Assembly: GCF_006345805.1 (NCBI RefSeq)
Contig: NW_021834195.1
Coordinates: forward strand, 1-50,914
DNA length: 50,914 nucleotides
DNA from: Octopus sinensis
Lineage: Eukaryota
Direction of reading: 5' to 3'
Shown: positions 1 to 12,649 of the stretch, piece by piece
How the letters are laid out: every line of letters begins with the position of its first letter
How positions within the stretch are numbered: the stretch's first letter is position 1
Made by a program: the position numbers and the translations under genes
Notes under the pieces: model-generated
What the model was told of the DNA's origin: nothing
The model's database searches: none
What the model saw: only the letters and a program-made list of their open reading frames with translations

Positions 1-429
1 TATATATATATATCTGCAGCCGCACATATATACGCAGACAAATTACAGACATTTGCATAAACGTTACATAACTTTTCCTAAGTATGACTCACAGTACAAA
101 ACGGAAAACTTCTCTTGTAAGATATTTAATAATACAAAAACAACAAGAAATAATGCAATAAAACAATACTATAACTACAAACAATGGCAGGATTGTCGCA
201 TCATACCATCACCCGAGCACACACATAACGACAAAGTCTTCGTCTTCCTTAAGAATTAATCAATACATACACCCATATCCATTTTAATACTTAAGGAAGA
301 CCAAGACTTTCTCCTCACGTGGGAGTACAAGGACGTTGTTCTCTTTTATCTTGCCAAGAATTGTTCTGCTTTCTTTACTGAACACTCATACATTGGCCGC
401 CTCGACGGAGAAGTGCGGGAGGGTTCTCT

Positions 430-468
430 ATCATCATCATCATCATCATCATCATCACCATCATCATC
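430..468. repeat. (CAT)n microsatellite
   Basis: Direct tandem trinucleotide run. Confidence 0.95.
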
Positions 469-511
469 AGTAGCAGCATAATACACACACATGTAATTTA
501 TGTATATATTA

Positions 512-512
<1 letters not shown>

Positions 513-581
<69 letters not shown>
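513..581. repeat. (TA)n microsatellite
   Basis: Direct; source of the IYIY ORF 511..717. Confidence 0.97.
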
Positions 582-583
<2 letters not shown>

Positions 584-1409
584 CGTCGAGCGGTCTACAA
601 TCTTGCTTATTCCATCGGAGAACGATGTTTTCGGTTGGTAGTACTACTGCTTGCACTTCTCCCTCCCCAGCAAATCGGCAACCTCATAAAGGATGTTTGA
701 CCGGTCCAAAGAGATGATAGTCGTAAGAGGTGAGAGCTGAACTGAATGCTGGGTGTTCCAGCAACTCAAAACCCAATTGTTCAATGGTTTCAACCACTTG
801 GGTGACCGCATGCGGGCGTGCATTCTCATGCAACAATAACATTGATTTGACAATAGACCTCAGCTGCTAATTACTGGTTTCAGTTTGCTGGTCAACATTT
901 CACTATAGCCTACCCTGCTGACTGTAGATCCTTTATCCAAGTAATGATCCAGTATATACCCTTTTAGGCCCCCACTCCCCAAAACGGTAAGTAGCCCTTT
1001 ATCTGCGAAAGTTTGTGTCTTGAATTTCTTTTTCGTTGGCGATTCCGAGTGTTTCCACTCCATACCCTGCCTTTTGGGCTCTGGCGCAGTGACTATTCCC
1101 TCCACTAAAAAAACTTCGCCTTCGTAGTTTTGTAGCGGTTTAGTAACCCTGTCTCCACATGATTGCGCCTATGCACTTCCATAATCTTTCTTGGCACCCA
1201 TCTTGCACAGACTTTACAGAAGCGAAGCTTGTCGTGGAAGATTTCGTATGCAGAAGTCCCGAATTGTACTGAGAGACTGCGATGAATTTCAGCCTTCGAT
1301 GTACATTTAGACCAGAGAAATCGTATCGCTGACCTTGATGCAGACTGTCAGCGGACCAACCAGGTTCACTCTGTAACACAAAAACTGATGCAATCAAAGT
1401 TAAACCTCG
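582..1409 (-). mobile_element. Decayed mariner (irritans-like) transposon with internally deleted transposase pseudogene
   Basis: Minus-strand translation across frameshifts gives AIRFLWS..AEIHR, IFHDKLRFCKVCARWVPR, EPKRQGMEWKHSESPTKKKFKTQ, LHENARPH, QLGFELLEHPAFS and YDYHLFGP, all mariner motifs. The 5' end reads TA|CGAGG at 1411-1405. The 3' end is lost in (TA)n. Confidence 0.9.
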
Positions 1410-1731
1410 TAACCACAATATTATCACCTTATGTAAATTTTCCCTTAGATATGCAATTTCAGGGCATACCAGCTCAAGATTTTACAAGTAATGAGCATAT
1501 AAGTCGTTGGGCTGGGTAGCTGACTCGCTATCAACCCAGGCAGTGGTGTGGGTAAGCCACAAAAATGGCGAAGTATTAATGTCCATCACTCCCAAATGGG
1601 ATTGAGGGTGAGTTATCTCGCCTGTCCATGGGTCTAAGGTGTTTTATCACCGGCGACATGAGAGTTATATACTCCGCTGCGCCATCGCAGCCACCGGAAA
1701 ATATACAAAGCCTAGAGCAGAAAAGAATACG

Positions 1732-1960
1732 AAGGCAGCGAGCTGGTAGAATCGTTAGCCCGCTGGACGAAATGCTTAGCGGTATTTCGCCCTTCGCTGC
1801 ATTTTGAGTTCAAATTCCGCCGAAATCGACTTTTCCTTTCATCCTTTCAGGGTCGATAAATTAAGTACGAGTTACGCATTGGGGTCGGGGAAATCGACCC
1901 ATCCCTTCCCCCAAAATTTTAGGCCTTGTGCCTATAGTACAAAAAATTATTATCATTATT
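1732..1960 (+). mobile_element. tRNA-derived SINE, family B (AAGGCGGCGAGCTGGCAG head)
   Basis: A-box-like TGGTAGAATCG and B-box-like GAGTTCAAATTCC; many copies in window; ATT tail. Confidence 0.85.
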
Positions 1961-1963
1961 GTT

Positions 1964-2355
1964 AAGGCGGGGAGCTTGCAGAATCGTTAGACGAAATGCT
2001 TAGCGGTATTTCATCTGCCGCTACATTCTGAGTTCAAATTACGCCGAGGTCGACTTTGCCTTTCATCCTTTCGGGGTCGACAACTTAAGTACCAGTTACG
2101 CACTGGGGTCGATATATTCGACTTAATCCATTTGTCTGTCCTTGTTTGTCTTCTCTGTGTTTAGCCCCTTGTATGTACTAAAGAAATAGGTATTGCGCCC
2201 GTCGCTGCGTTCTGAGTTCAAGTTCCGCCGAGGTCGACTTTACCTTCATCCTTTCGAGGTCGATAATTTAAGTACCAGTTGTGTACTGGGGTCGATGTAA
2301 TCGACTAGTCCCCTCCCCGCAAATTTCAGGCCTTGTGCTTATAATAGAAAGAATT
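1964..2355 (+). mobile_element. Dimeric SINE family B
   Basis: Two consecutive bodies joined by CTAAAGAAATAGGT; mirror image of 4186-4582 and 43311-43716. Confidence 0.85.
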
Positions 2356-2356
2356 A

Positions 2357-2405
<49 letters not shown>
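2353..2405. repeat. (ATT)n microsatellite / retroposon tail
   Basis: Direct. Confidence 0.9.
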
Positions 2406-2963
2406 GAGTGAGAGAGCAGTTCATGCCATCAAAGTGACACTGGGGTAAAATATACGAAGCCCAATATACCCATCATGACTACCCGTCTGATAAGGTACAA
2501 CCAGGCACATGCATCACAACCATATGTGCCGCGACATGGTGATCTCATATCAAGATAAACAGCACATGACCTTGCAGGTGGGGCCCAGTTAGAATTTTCT
2601 TCAGGTTGAGTAGCCCATCCCGCTCAAACGGTCCCTGAATAAGGGTTGCTTAAGGATGTTGAAAGAACCACCCATGTTTCCAGAGGTGAACTATTCAAAC
2701 CCCCAAAGAATCCCTCTCAACACATGGCTATGATGCTCCCCCACTACTTCTGCTCGTGATCAGAGATGCACATATCGTCAGCCACTAAGGGACATGCTCA
2801 ACTGGTTAAGGTCAAACAACTGACAAGCAAATCTGTGATATTGAGCAGAATATTTGCTGTAGCCCATCTTTTATACCAAGACAAAACAATGTACATGATA
2901 ACACTTCCAATCAGTTAAGATCAGAAGCCATGAGAGCCACTGCCTGGTACTGCATCAGGGCAT
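2404..2963 (-). mobile_element. Probable non-LTR retroposon 3' segment ending in an (AAT)n tail
   Basis: About 560 bp of higher-GC sequence abutting (ATT)n, with no long ORF; family not assigned. Confidence 0.5.
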
Positions 2964-3561
2964 ATTCATTTTGTTCATCATGTACAAGCACGTGTATATT
3001 TTATTAATGTTATTTAATGTCATTAAAACTAAAGCATACTTTTGGTAATTCCTCATTGGTGCGTGACTTTGGGCCCTCTTTTTTGATACACTGTACTACG
3101 CAGTGATGCCGAAAATTGCTTTCCCTACCGCAGCTTAAATACAGTCTTACAAATGATTTGTAGCATTGCAAACACTGTGGACATCATAAGATATTTGCTT
3201 GTGTACCCTGATAATGTATCGATACAGAACAATTCATTATATATTAGAGCGAAGCAGAGAGTATCAAACTTCTGAGGAGTATCCACAATTATAAACAATC
3301 ATAGTTCTAGTCACTATCAGTCAATATGCGATCTATCAGATAAATTAATACTATGGATTAAGTTTGAATAATCGATTAAATTATCGTTTTGATAGACTGA
3401 GTGATTGTAGTAATATTAAGTTAAAGTAATAGGAAATTGTGGGGTGAAAGACCAATTTAAAATTGATAATTCATATCATAATTATTTGTGTGTAGATTTT
3501 ATATAAAGCTATATGCACTCGCACACGCGTGGACATGTTTATTTGGCTCCTATAATATATT

Positions 3562-4183
3562 GGTTTCAAATTTTGGCACGTGGCCAGCAATTTCGATGGT
3601 GGGGTTAAATCTTTCGACTCCAGTGCTCAACTGGTATTTATTTTATGGACCCCGACAGGATGAGAGGCAAAGTCGACCTCGGTGGAATTTGAACTCAGAA
3701 CGTAGAAACGGACGAAAGGTCACTAAGCATTTTGTGACGTCGTGACGTGCTAACGATTCTGCCAGCTCACCGCATTTATAACCAATCAAAATGTTCCTCT
3801 CTACTATAGGCCTTAAATTTTGAATGATGGGGCCAGTCGATTAAATCGAACCCTGTACTCAGGGTGCTTATTCTATCGACCTCGGAAGGATGAAAGGAAA
3901 AGTTGACCTCGGCGAATTTTGAACTCAGAACGTAAAGATAGACGAAATGCCCCAAAGCATTTTGGTCGGCATGCCAGCTCGCCGCCTTTATAACCAATTT
4001 AAATATTAGTTTCAAATTTTGGCACAAGGCCAGCAATTTCGGGGGTAGTGGCCAAGTCGATTGGATTGACCCCAACACACAAGTAATACTCATTTTATCG
4101 TTCCCGTAATGATGAAAAGCAAAGTCGATCTTGGCCGGAATTTGAACTCAGAGTGTAGAGAAGCATGAATGCCGCTAAGCATG
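3562..4183 (-). mobile_element. Cluster of three older SINE family B copies
   Basis: Repeated GTCGACCTCGGCGGAATTTGAACTCAG-like cores at about 3670, 3900 and 4125. Confidence 0.8.
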
Positions 4184-4185
4184 TT

Positions 4186-4582
4186 CTTTTCTACTCTAGG
4201 TATAAGGCCCGAAAGTTTGGGGGAGGGGGCCAGTCGACTAGATCGACCCCAGTACGCAACTGGTACTTAATTTATCGACCTCGAAAGGATGAAGGTAAAG
4301 TCGACCTTGGCGGAATTTGAACTCAGAACGTAGCAGCAAACGAAATACCTATTTCTTTACTACTCACAAGGGGCTAAACACATAGGGGACAAACAAGGAC
4401 AGACAAACGGATTAAGTCGATTACCTCAACCCCAGTGCGTAACAGGTACTAAATGTATCGACCACGAAAGGATGAAAGGCAATGTCGACCTCGGCGGAAT
4501 TTGAACTCAGAACGTAACGGCAGACGAAATACCACTAAGCATTTCGCCCGGCGTGCTAACGTTTCTGCCAGCTCGCCACCTT
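4186..4582 (-). mobile_element. Dimeric SINE family B
   Basis: Reverse-complement match to 1964-2355. Confidence 0.87.
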
Positions 4583-4675
4583 ATTTGGTTCTTATAATAT
4601 TGAAACTTCCTTAACAAAAGATTGTATAAAAGAGTAAAACGACTTAGGATGAAGAAGAATAACCAATCAAAATAT

Positions 4676-4957
4676 TGCTGTTTGTTGCTTCCCGAACCAT
4701 GCCTGGCTCATAAAGGCCAGTTTCCCGGTTTCCTTTGTGTATAGGTTCCCCACCTGGACAGGACGCCGGTCCGTCGCAGGAAAGTTGCTAGATGCAGGAA
4801 GAGAGAGTGAGACAAAGTTGTGGCGAAAGAGTAATCAGAAATTCGCCATTACCTTCGCCACTACCTTCTGCTTAGGTGCGTCTTTCATAAACACACATCG
4901 CCCGGTCTGTGATACGAACTCGCGACCCCTCATCCGCTGCACTAACCACTAGGTTAT
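4676..4957 (-). mobile_element. tRNA-derived SINE family C
   Basis: Reverse-complement match to 6164-6466. Confidence 0.8.
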
Positions 4958-5456
4958 ATTGATTACTTAAAGTTAATATTTATATAAATATATGTGTACA
5001 TGTGTGTGTGTGCGTGTGTGCACGTATATGCGAGTATATATGTATACATGTATATCAGTGTGAATGTATGTGCTTTTGTGCATATTATTGTGTAATGCAT
5101 GTGTATACTTATATATTTGTGTGTTTAAGTTTACTCACACACATACACATTCCTGAATGTGTCTGCATTTATTCCTACTTCATCACAGTCCATCTAAGAT
5201 TAGAAAATCGAATGTGCTATTCTGCACATTTTGTTTCTTTTTAGAATGAGGGTGGATGATTTGAGGGAGATCTAGCTACTATTTTTGATAAGTCGGGCAA
5301 CCGCAGAGATATATATTTTTGTCTCATTGGCTCAGTAATGTACTGAGTTGATACAATTGACTGTTTTCCTTTCTCAAAAATATGTGACAATGTTTCAATG
5401 CAAGAAAATGTAATATGTTATTGCCTTCCATTTATTAAATAAATTATTCTCTTTTT

Positions 5457-5850
5457 CTCTTTTACTTGTTTCAGTCATTTGACTGCGGCCATGCTGGAGC
5501 ACCGCCTTTAATCGAGCAACTCGACCCCGGGACTTATTCTTTGTAAGCCCAGTACTTATTCTATCGGTCTCTTTTTTGCCGAACCGCTAAGTGACGGGGA
5601 CGTAAACACACCAGCATCGGTTGTCAAGCGATGCTAGGGGGACAAACAGAGACACACAAACACACACATATATATACATACATATATACGACAGGCTTCT
5701 TTCAGTTTCCGTCTACCAAATCCACTCACAAGGCATTGGTCGGCCCGGGGCTATAGCAGAAGACATTTGCCCAAGATGCCACGCAGTGGGACTGAACCCG
5801 GAACCATGTGATTGGTTAGCAAGCTACTTACCACACAGCCACTCCTGCGC
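5457..5850 (-). mobile_element. Composite SINE family A (tRNA head + CORE-like block + internal microsatellite + LINE-derived tail)
   Basis: Head GCGCAGGAGTGGCTGTGTGGTAAG, GGTTCAGTCCC B-box, ATCTTGGGCAAATGTCTT core; more than 10 copies in window. Confidence 0.9.
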
Positions 5851-5874
5851 TATTGTTGATATTTAGTTTCATAT

Positions 5875-6000
5875 CAGCTTTGACAGATTAGACATTCCAG
5901 CCTTGAGTATCCTGTCATTACAAGAATACTCTTTCTTGCTTGAAGAAGATTTGAAGGCGCGATTTTGACTGCCATTTCTACTAGATTGAGTGACCAAGTG
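5875..6000 (-). mobile_element. Ancient SINE-like repeat (family D) fragment
   Basis: Degenerate similarity to copies at 9505, 12243, 17985 and 39930 (CTAGAAATAGCAGC..AAAT motif). Confidence 0.5.
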
Positions 6001-6163
6001 GAAGAAAAGAAGCCAGAGGAGGAATGCAAGGTATGTTTAACGTTGATTGACTTCCTCGAAAAAATAACTAATAACATCGATTATTAAACAACAAAATCAA
6101 TCTAAAAGCTGGCTGAAACATTCACGGGTAACTTAGAATTTATTGATAGTTACAATGAAATAG

Positions 6164-6466
6164 GTGGAGGCACATGGCCTAGTGGTTAGATCAGCGGACT
6201 CGCGGTCGAGGGATCGCGGGTTCAAATCTCAGACCGGCAGATGTGTGTGTTTATGAGCGAATCACCTAAGCTACAAGCGGCTCCGGCAGAAGGTAATGGT
6301 GCACTTCTGCTGACTCTTTCGCCACAACTTTCACTCACGCTTTCCTCCTGCATCTTGCAGCTCACCTGCGACGGACTGGCGTCCCGTCCAGGTGGGGAAC
6401 CTATACGCCAAGGAAACCGGGAAACCGGCCCTTATGAGCCTGGCTTGACTTGAGAAGGAACAAACA
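6164..6466 (+). mobile_element. Full-length SINE family C with 12-bp TSD
   Basis: A-box TGGCCTAGTGG, B-box GGTTCAAATCT; TSD ACAATGAAATAG (6152-6163) / ACAATGCAATAG (6467-6478). Confidence 0.92.
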
Positions 6467-6699
6467 ACAATGCAATAGATGTAATGCAAGCGTACAAACA
6501 AACTATCATAGCAGAGTTCATAGAAACCACAGAGCTGATTCCCTTACTCAATAAAAAGTGATAAATAATATGAATGAAACATCATATCATTCAGCCTAAA
6601 GAGGACTGCGTACTTGAAATTTAAGTACGAAAACTGATGCGTAGGAACAACTAACCGGAACCCAGCGTAAATGATGTCAATCTAACTGAAGGATCGGAC

Positions 6700-8200
6700 T
6701 TTACTCCAAAAGTTTCGCAAATACAGCAGAGAAAACACAAAGGGTTTTAAGAGGGTATTTCTATTCTAACTGCAAAATTTACATCAACACTCTACCGAAA
6801 TAGGTAAACTGCGAGAAAATACAGATACAATTCTTATAAAAATATTCATATAAAATCTAAACGTAACGCCGAAACGAGAAAAGTATCAGAAATAGAAATA
6901 AAACTTTTAAATAAGGAATACATAGCAAAATACAAACCAAACAGCAAAAAGAAAACATTTGATATGAAAATTACGAAAATAAACCTAATATGTACCCCCA
7001 AAAGAGGAAAAGCAAAATAAATAACAAAATACGACAGCTACAGAAAACAGACCAACAAAAAACTGTACCAGAAGAATACAAACAATAACATGAATACAAG
7101 AGAACGTGTGGAAGATTTAAGAATAGGAAATTTTAAAGTATTAAAATGGCCATGACATTTAAAAGATAGAAATATTTATATAATTAAAAACAACCATTCT
7201 TTCTTTGAACCAACGAAAGTAATTCACAAAATGAAACTGAACGATAAAATAACAACCATAAAAAATGTAAACTGGCCATTGTAGACTTTAAGCCTATAAT
7301 GGCAAACGGGTACGAACATCAATATCACCATGCTACACGAAATAACATATGAAGTAGTCATTGTAGTTATATAGGAGAATTGATATTCTCACAGCTCTAC
7401 TCACATAAACACAGCAAAATTTAAACAAACAACGGGAAAACAAATATGATTTTGAAAATGATAGACAATAAGAAAAAAGACGTCTGTTGTTGATTAAATC
7501 AGTAACGAAACGGCACAACTGACAGAAAGGAGGGATAAAATAGTAAAGATGAATAATAACAAAGAATAAATATCTAAAAATCAAAGAACACCTGAAACAA
7601 GACATCTATTCTAAATCAGCAAAGAAATCATCGGTGTGAAAAACGACAGCGTTTTCTTAGAACAAAACAAATAGTTCGATCCCCGAACCCAGCTGCGAGA
7701 AAAGAAGAATTTCGGAGAGGATTATGGGTAGCGAAGGAATCAACCCGGATGCGATCGTTGAAAACAATGACCACATCACTTGAACAAATGTATGAAGCCT
7801 TATTAGATACAAGCAATACAGACGCTACAAAAATAAACTGCAAGACTCGCGGAAATGATAAGATCGTAAAACGTCTGCTTTAAATATTTAACGGGAATAT
7901 GAAGTGTTAGCCGTGAAGTTTTGTGAGATACTGAAAGAACCAGAAACAATACCTGAATGGTTCATAGAAGGGGTGAAAAAGTGTCTTAGTCTCTAAGATA
8001 AACCCTTACAACTATAGATCTATAACATGCCTTCCTACAACTGCAATACTTCTGAAACGACTACATGTATATCTAGGGAAAAAAACTGTTTCCAACAGAG
8101 AGAAAGGGTGCCTCTAGGTTATCTAGGATTGATAAACACATAATGTTTCAAGTAAAGAGTAAAAAACATTAATTGAGATATGATATTAAAAAGGTGGAAT
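6700..8200 (+). pseudogene. Old R4/Dong-type LINE relic (N-terminal linker and start of RT)
   Basis: 7860-8110 translates with frameshifts to FKYLTG, EILKEPETIPEWF and NYRSITCLPT, homologous to the RT ORF at 38763; upstream boundary approximate. Confidence 0.75.
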
Positions 8201-9224
8201 GAATTATGAGCAAAGTGAAAAGAGGAAAACCACAAAGCGAAAACTCCTCAAAAAATATATTTGAGCATCTATAAACTTATTGAAAAACAACAGCAGTAAA
8301 AAAAACTGCTAATTTTTCCTTTTCAGTTGATAACAATTGCGGTTTTCTTTTTAAAAATAAATATCAAGATTTTGTAGACTGATAATATGAAATACAGAGC
8401 ATCTGGTTCTATAATCAACTTATAAAGTTGCTTTTCTCTTTTTTTAAGATCCAGAGCATAGACTCTAAAGGAAAGAAACTTGAACGTAACTGGTAGCATA
8501 AGTTTTATGATCGACTATCTCTATAGTTTTACTGGTTTTGTCGTTAAATTGCGATTATGGTGGGACAGCAGGTGGATGGGTGGCACTTTCATAAGAACAA
8601 CAAGTTATTCACAGTTGTACAGTGAAATCTCAAAAATGAAAAGTGGCAAGTATATTTTAAAGCTGCTAAAGTAATAAAAACAATGTTTAAGAGGAAAAAC
8701 TGAAATTAAAAAAATTGAAATCAAAAAGGTGTAAGGAATTTTGATTTTTTAACCCGGAACCCGGAATCATGTGACTGGGAAGCAATCTTCTTAAACGGAT
8801 CAGATTTCTGTTTCAAAATACCCCCCTCTCCCCGAACCCTAACTAACTCCACTGACTTCGTTTCAAGACTAGCCAAATGGATAGACTCTGAAGAAGCTGC
8901 ACCGAAAATCGTGCCAGGTTGTATCGGCAACTGCCCGTAATCTGTACAGTGGACATACGTGTAGGTCATAAAGACCATAATAATATGGCGCATAAAATTG
9001 TAAAATAAGAGGAAATAAATTTTGAGGATAAACAAGTCTCCATGTTTTATATTGTTATAATAATTGCTAATATACATACATATATATATATATATATGTA
9101 TATATTGGCAGGGATATATATACACACACACATTATATATATATACATATAAGAGGGATGACCACTACGTGGACAACCCTTGTGCTAGAAGTAGATCCGC
9201 TATGGTCTTAGTGGTAAGACCACA

Positions 9225-9427
9225 TGTATCGCGTTTCACCTATCGCGGTTTATAATTTAAGCTTACGTCGATTTCTTCGTGGTGTTGTTTTGCATTTGTA
9301 ATAAAATAGATATATACAAATTATGAAAATAATAACAATAAAATACAGTACTCTTTCTAGTTCGCGGATTTTCACCTGTCGCGGGGTATTTCGGAACGTA
9401 ACACTAGCGGTAGTCGAGGGATTGCTG
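9225..9427 (-). mobile_element. Truncated Tigger/pogo-like MITE
   Basis: Reverse-complement match to 23785-24009; one TIR (GTCGAGGGATTGCTG|TA) retained. Confidence 0.8.
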
Positions 9428-9504
9428 TATATAAGAGGCGTTAGTAAATAATGAAAAGTAACTTGATCGATGCTCTACCGGTTCAACCAATCCCCGGTTG
9501 CCAG

Positions 9505-9700
9505 CTTGTTGCAGTTGGTTAACCCTAATTCTGCTCTGACTGAATAGATCTATGATGTAGACCCTTCTAGTAGTGACTACCTCCACTTTTTGTATTTCAG
9601 CGAGCATGATATTCAAGGTGTCCTCTCATTCTCTCATTTTTATAGCACGACTGGATATATTTGAGGGAATTTCGGTATTAGTTTTAGTCAGAATCGAAAT
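9505..9700 (-). mobile_element. Ancient SINE-like repeat (family D)
   Basis: Degenerate similarity to other family D copies. Confidence 0.5.
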
Positions 9701-10199
9701 TTCAACTAAAACTGTGTTAAGTTTTTAGTGTCTAGGAAAAACCTGGAGAGCGGAAACAGCAACAACGTTATCATCAACAACAATAGCAACAACAACCACA
9801 ACTGCCGCCGCGGCCATCACTACCAAAATTACATCTGCATTTATTACATAGGCTTTATATCATTATTTGGAAAAAATATTTATTCGACCCAATATACGAC
9901 TGGTCCTAAGCTCAATAGGATTTCTGACATTGACATTATATTATTGTAAGGAGTTAAATAGTCACATTAAAATAAGTTCAACTTCTTTTTCGATTGGGAG
10001 GAGTAAAATCGATCGAATCGTCACAGCACGTAACTAATACTAAATTTACCCAAATTGGGACAATAGAACATAAATCCACCTTGGTAAATATTAAATTTAA
10101 ATGCAAAGGGACGAAAGTCGATGGTGTCCGACTGCTCACTGCATTATTACGATAATTTTTCAAATTTATAATATAAATGACTGAAGTTTGTCTTAAACC

Positions 10200-10410
10200 C
10201 TAAGAGTTACAAGGCCGGAGCTTCACCCAGTTTCCATGTCTTATAAATGACTGAGATTATAACACTCACGCTGAACGAGACGCCGGTCCGTAGCTGTAAC
10301 TCATTTTACACTGGATGAACTGAAATGAAGTTCATCACCCAGTTCAGGAATCGAAATCACGACCTTACGATCATGAGTGAGATATCTTAACCACTAGGCT
10401 ATATGTCTTC
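10200..10410 (-). mobile_element. Old tRNA-derived SINE (family C-related)
   Basis: Reverse-strand head with TAACCACTAGGC and GGAATCGAAATC boxes; GACGCCGGTCCG block shared with 4676. Confidence 0.65.
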
Positions 10411-12242
10411 ACTTAGTGAAGAAATGGTAATAGAATAATACTTATTTTATTGACAGCGAGACCCTGATAAAAAACCAGATCAATTTGAGCGAAATGTGAA
10501 CCCCGAATCTGGAGGCCATCATTCCTTTATTGAAAAGTTTGTAAACTACAACTTTACCATTTCTCTATAGCTCTCTCTGTAGCTTCTGCTACAATTTTAT
10601 TCAGACTAACGTTCACTTTACACACATTCTAGTGAAACTAACCGATGTTTACGAAGTGATGTCATTTGTTCAACTCATGTTAAATAACAACCAAATACCA
10701 AAAGAAAAAAAAAACAAGAAAAATATAGAGGAAAATATAGAATAGGATCATTTTTCCTTCAGGGGTAAGTTAAAATCAGAGTTTTAAAACAAGAAGTGTA
10801 AAATCGATTCGTTTTTTTCTTAATTTACATAATTATATGCCCTTGGAGGTGTGAAAATCCAGCAAAACACAGCAAAAGTTTGGCTTTAAGAAGTATAGAA
10901 ATTATGTAGAATTTGTTTTAAATGAAATTGCGAAGCACAAAGTTGAAAACAGATTTTTTTTGAAAATGCATTTATTTCCTCTCAAGACGAAACTAAATAT
11001 ATTTTCTGTGAAACCAGTATATTTTTTAAACAGTTGAAAATATGCCAAATATCTTTGTTGTGCCATACATGTTACTTAATTTTACCATATCGTTGCAAGG
11101 AATATTTCGAAATAACAAATATATTAATGAAATTTCAACTTTAAATTTAAAACAGATTTTTCATTTTTTTTTTGTTATATCCAGGGCATTTCTGATACAC
11201 TCGATACATAAGCATTATATGTTTAAAACTTGAATAATGCCAAAATCAAAACGAGATATGTATGAAAATAAAAGCAGAGACGAGAGGAAATTGTACAGAA
11301 AAAAAAATTGTACATAAGCATATTTTATATAAAGTGCAAGCGCTAAAGAGGGGGTGTTAAGCTACACAAACCAGTTTCGATAACCTTCAGAGCTAGTTCA
11401 CATTACGTATTCTTCCGATTGAGAAGATGGACTACGACATGTTCTGGTTTCGTTGTTATTGACAGTTATATAATGGAAAAGATTCTAATATGACCCAACT
11501 GTCTCTAGTAATTAATGATGGATTAAAATTTTGATAACATTAAAATCAATGTACATTGTAATTGTTCCTCTAACGGTTCGGACGATGGGTATTTCTGTTA
11601 TTTGATCAGTGAGATTACCTACTCGTTGAATAATAGTATAAGTGGCTAAATTATTCCACAGAAATGGGTTCCCTCAACATAATGTTTCAGCGGTATCAAG
11701 CTTCAGCATGATACTGCTGCTACTGCTGTTGTTATTTTTGGTTATATACAAATTAACCCCGATCAAGAAGATCTATGATCAATGGTTTTCCAGTTGTGAC
11801 CACATCATCATACTGTTTATCCAACTATCGTGATTTTGCAAGACCATAGGATCCTACATCAAGGAAATTTTGCTACTACTTCTAGCATGTCTAGCGTGCA
11901 CGTAGAACTAATCTCGGTGTAAAAAGCTATCATATAATGCTGTTCCGTTGACTTATAGTCACATAGTCCAAGTACAAAGGCACTTTTTTTTTATCAGTTC
12001 TTTGTATATCTATAACAAAACTCAGACGCAACGCACTGCTACATCAAACAATATGAAACAAAATTTGTTAGTAAAATTTGTTAACTACATAGCTATCTCA
12101 CATAAGATTCCCCACAAATCTAGATCATTTATCAATGTTAAATTAGTAGCCGAACACAATTCAGATAACATTCAGACAGCATACATTAGTGAGAGCCAGC
12201 TTAAACGAATAACATCCAACATAAACGTCTACACCGTCGTTT

Positions 12243-12420
12243 AACCTGCTCAGAATAGCAACCAAGTATCTGTCAAATCACATATATCGTCTAAAATAAA
12301 GATAAGTATTAGAAAATGTAGTTCAATGTATCCAGGAAAATATTAGATGTTGCCACTGCAATTACTTCGATCGCAGGTCTGCTTCATCATATTTGACCTC
12401 AGGCCAAATACCAATAAAAT
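12243..12420 (+). mobile_element. Ancient SINE-like repeat (family D)
   Basis: CCTGCTCAGAATAGCAACC...GGTCTGCT...GACCTCAGG. Confidence 0.5.
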
Positions 12421-12649
12421 GCAACACCTAGTACCAAACAAATTGCCGAAAGAAAACCGGGGTCAGACAGATTAAAGATAGAGTTGTACTTCTCAATTGC
12501 ACGAGTCGTTCTGAGATATAGAAACTAATAGGTGAAGAATAGAAACTAATGCATGAAAAGTGAAGTTAGGAGGTTTTGTGTGTATTTAGAGGGATAAAAG
12601 GTCTTTTATACAACGTAATTGTTTGCGTCTGTCTGATTGTATCATGAAA

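Noticed and set aside
6164-6240. tRNA gene-like sequences (also at 27502, 29483 and 43821)
   Set aside because: A/B boxes continue into SINE bodies with tails and TSDs; these are SINE heads, not tRNA genes
8880-8915. CTGAAGA...GAAA motif
   Set aside because: Intervening and flanking bases cannot form stems I-III
8721-9131. 136-aa minus-strand ORF
   Set aside because: Starts in a microsatellite, ends in a SINE-head fragment and has no recognisable motif
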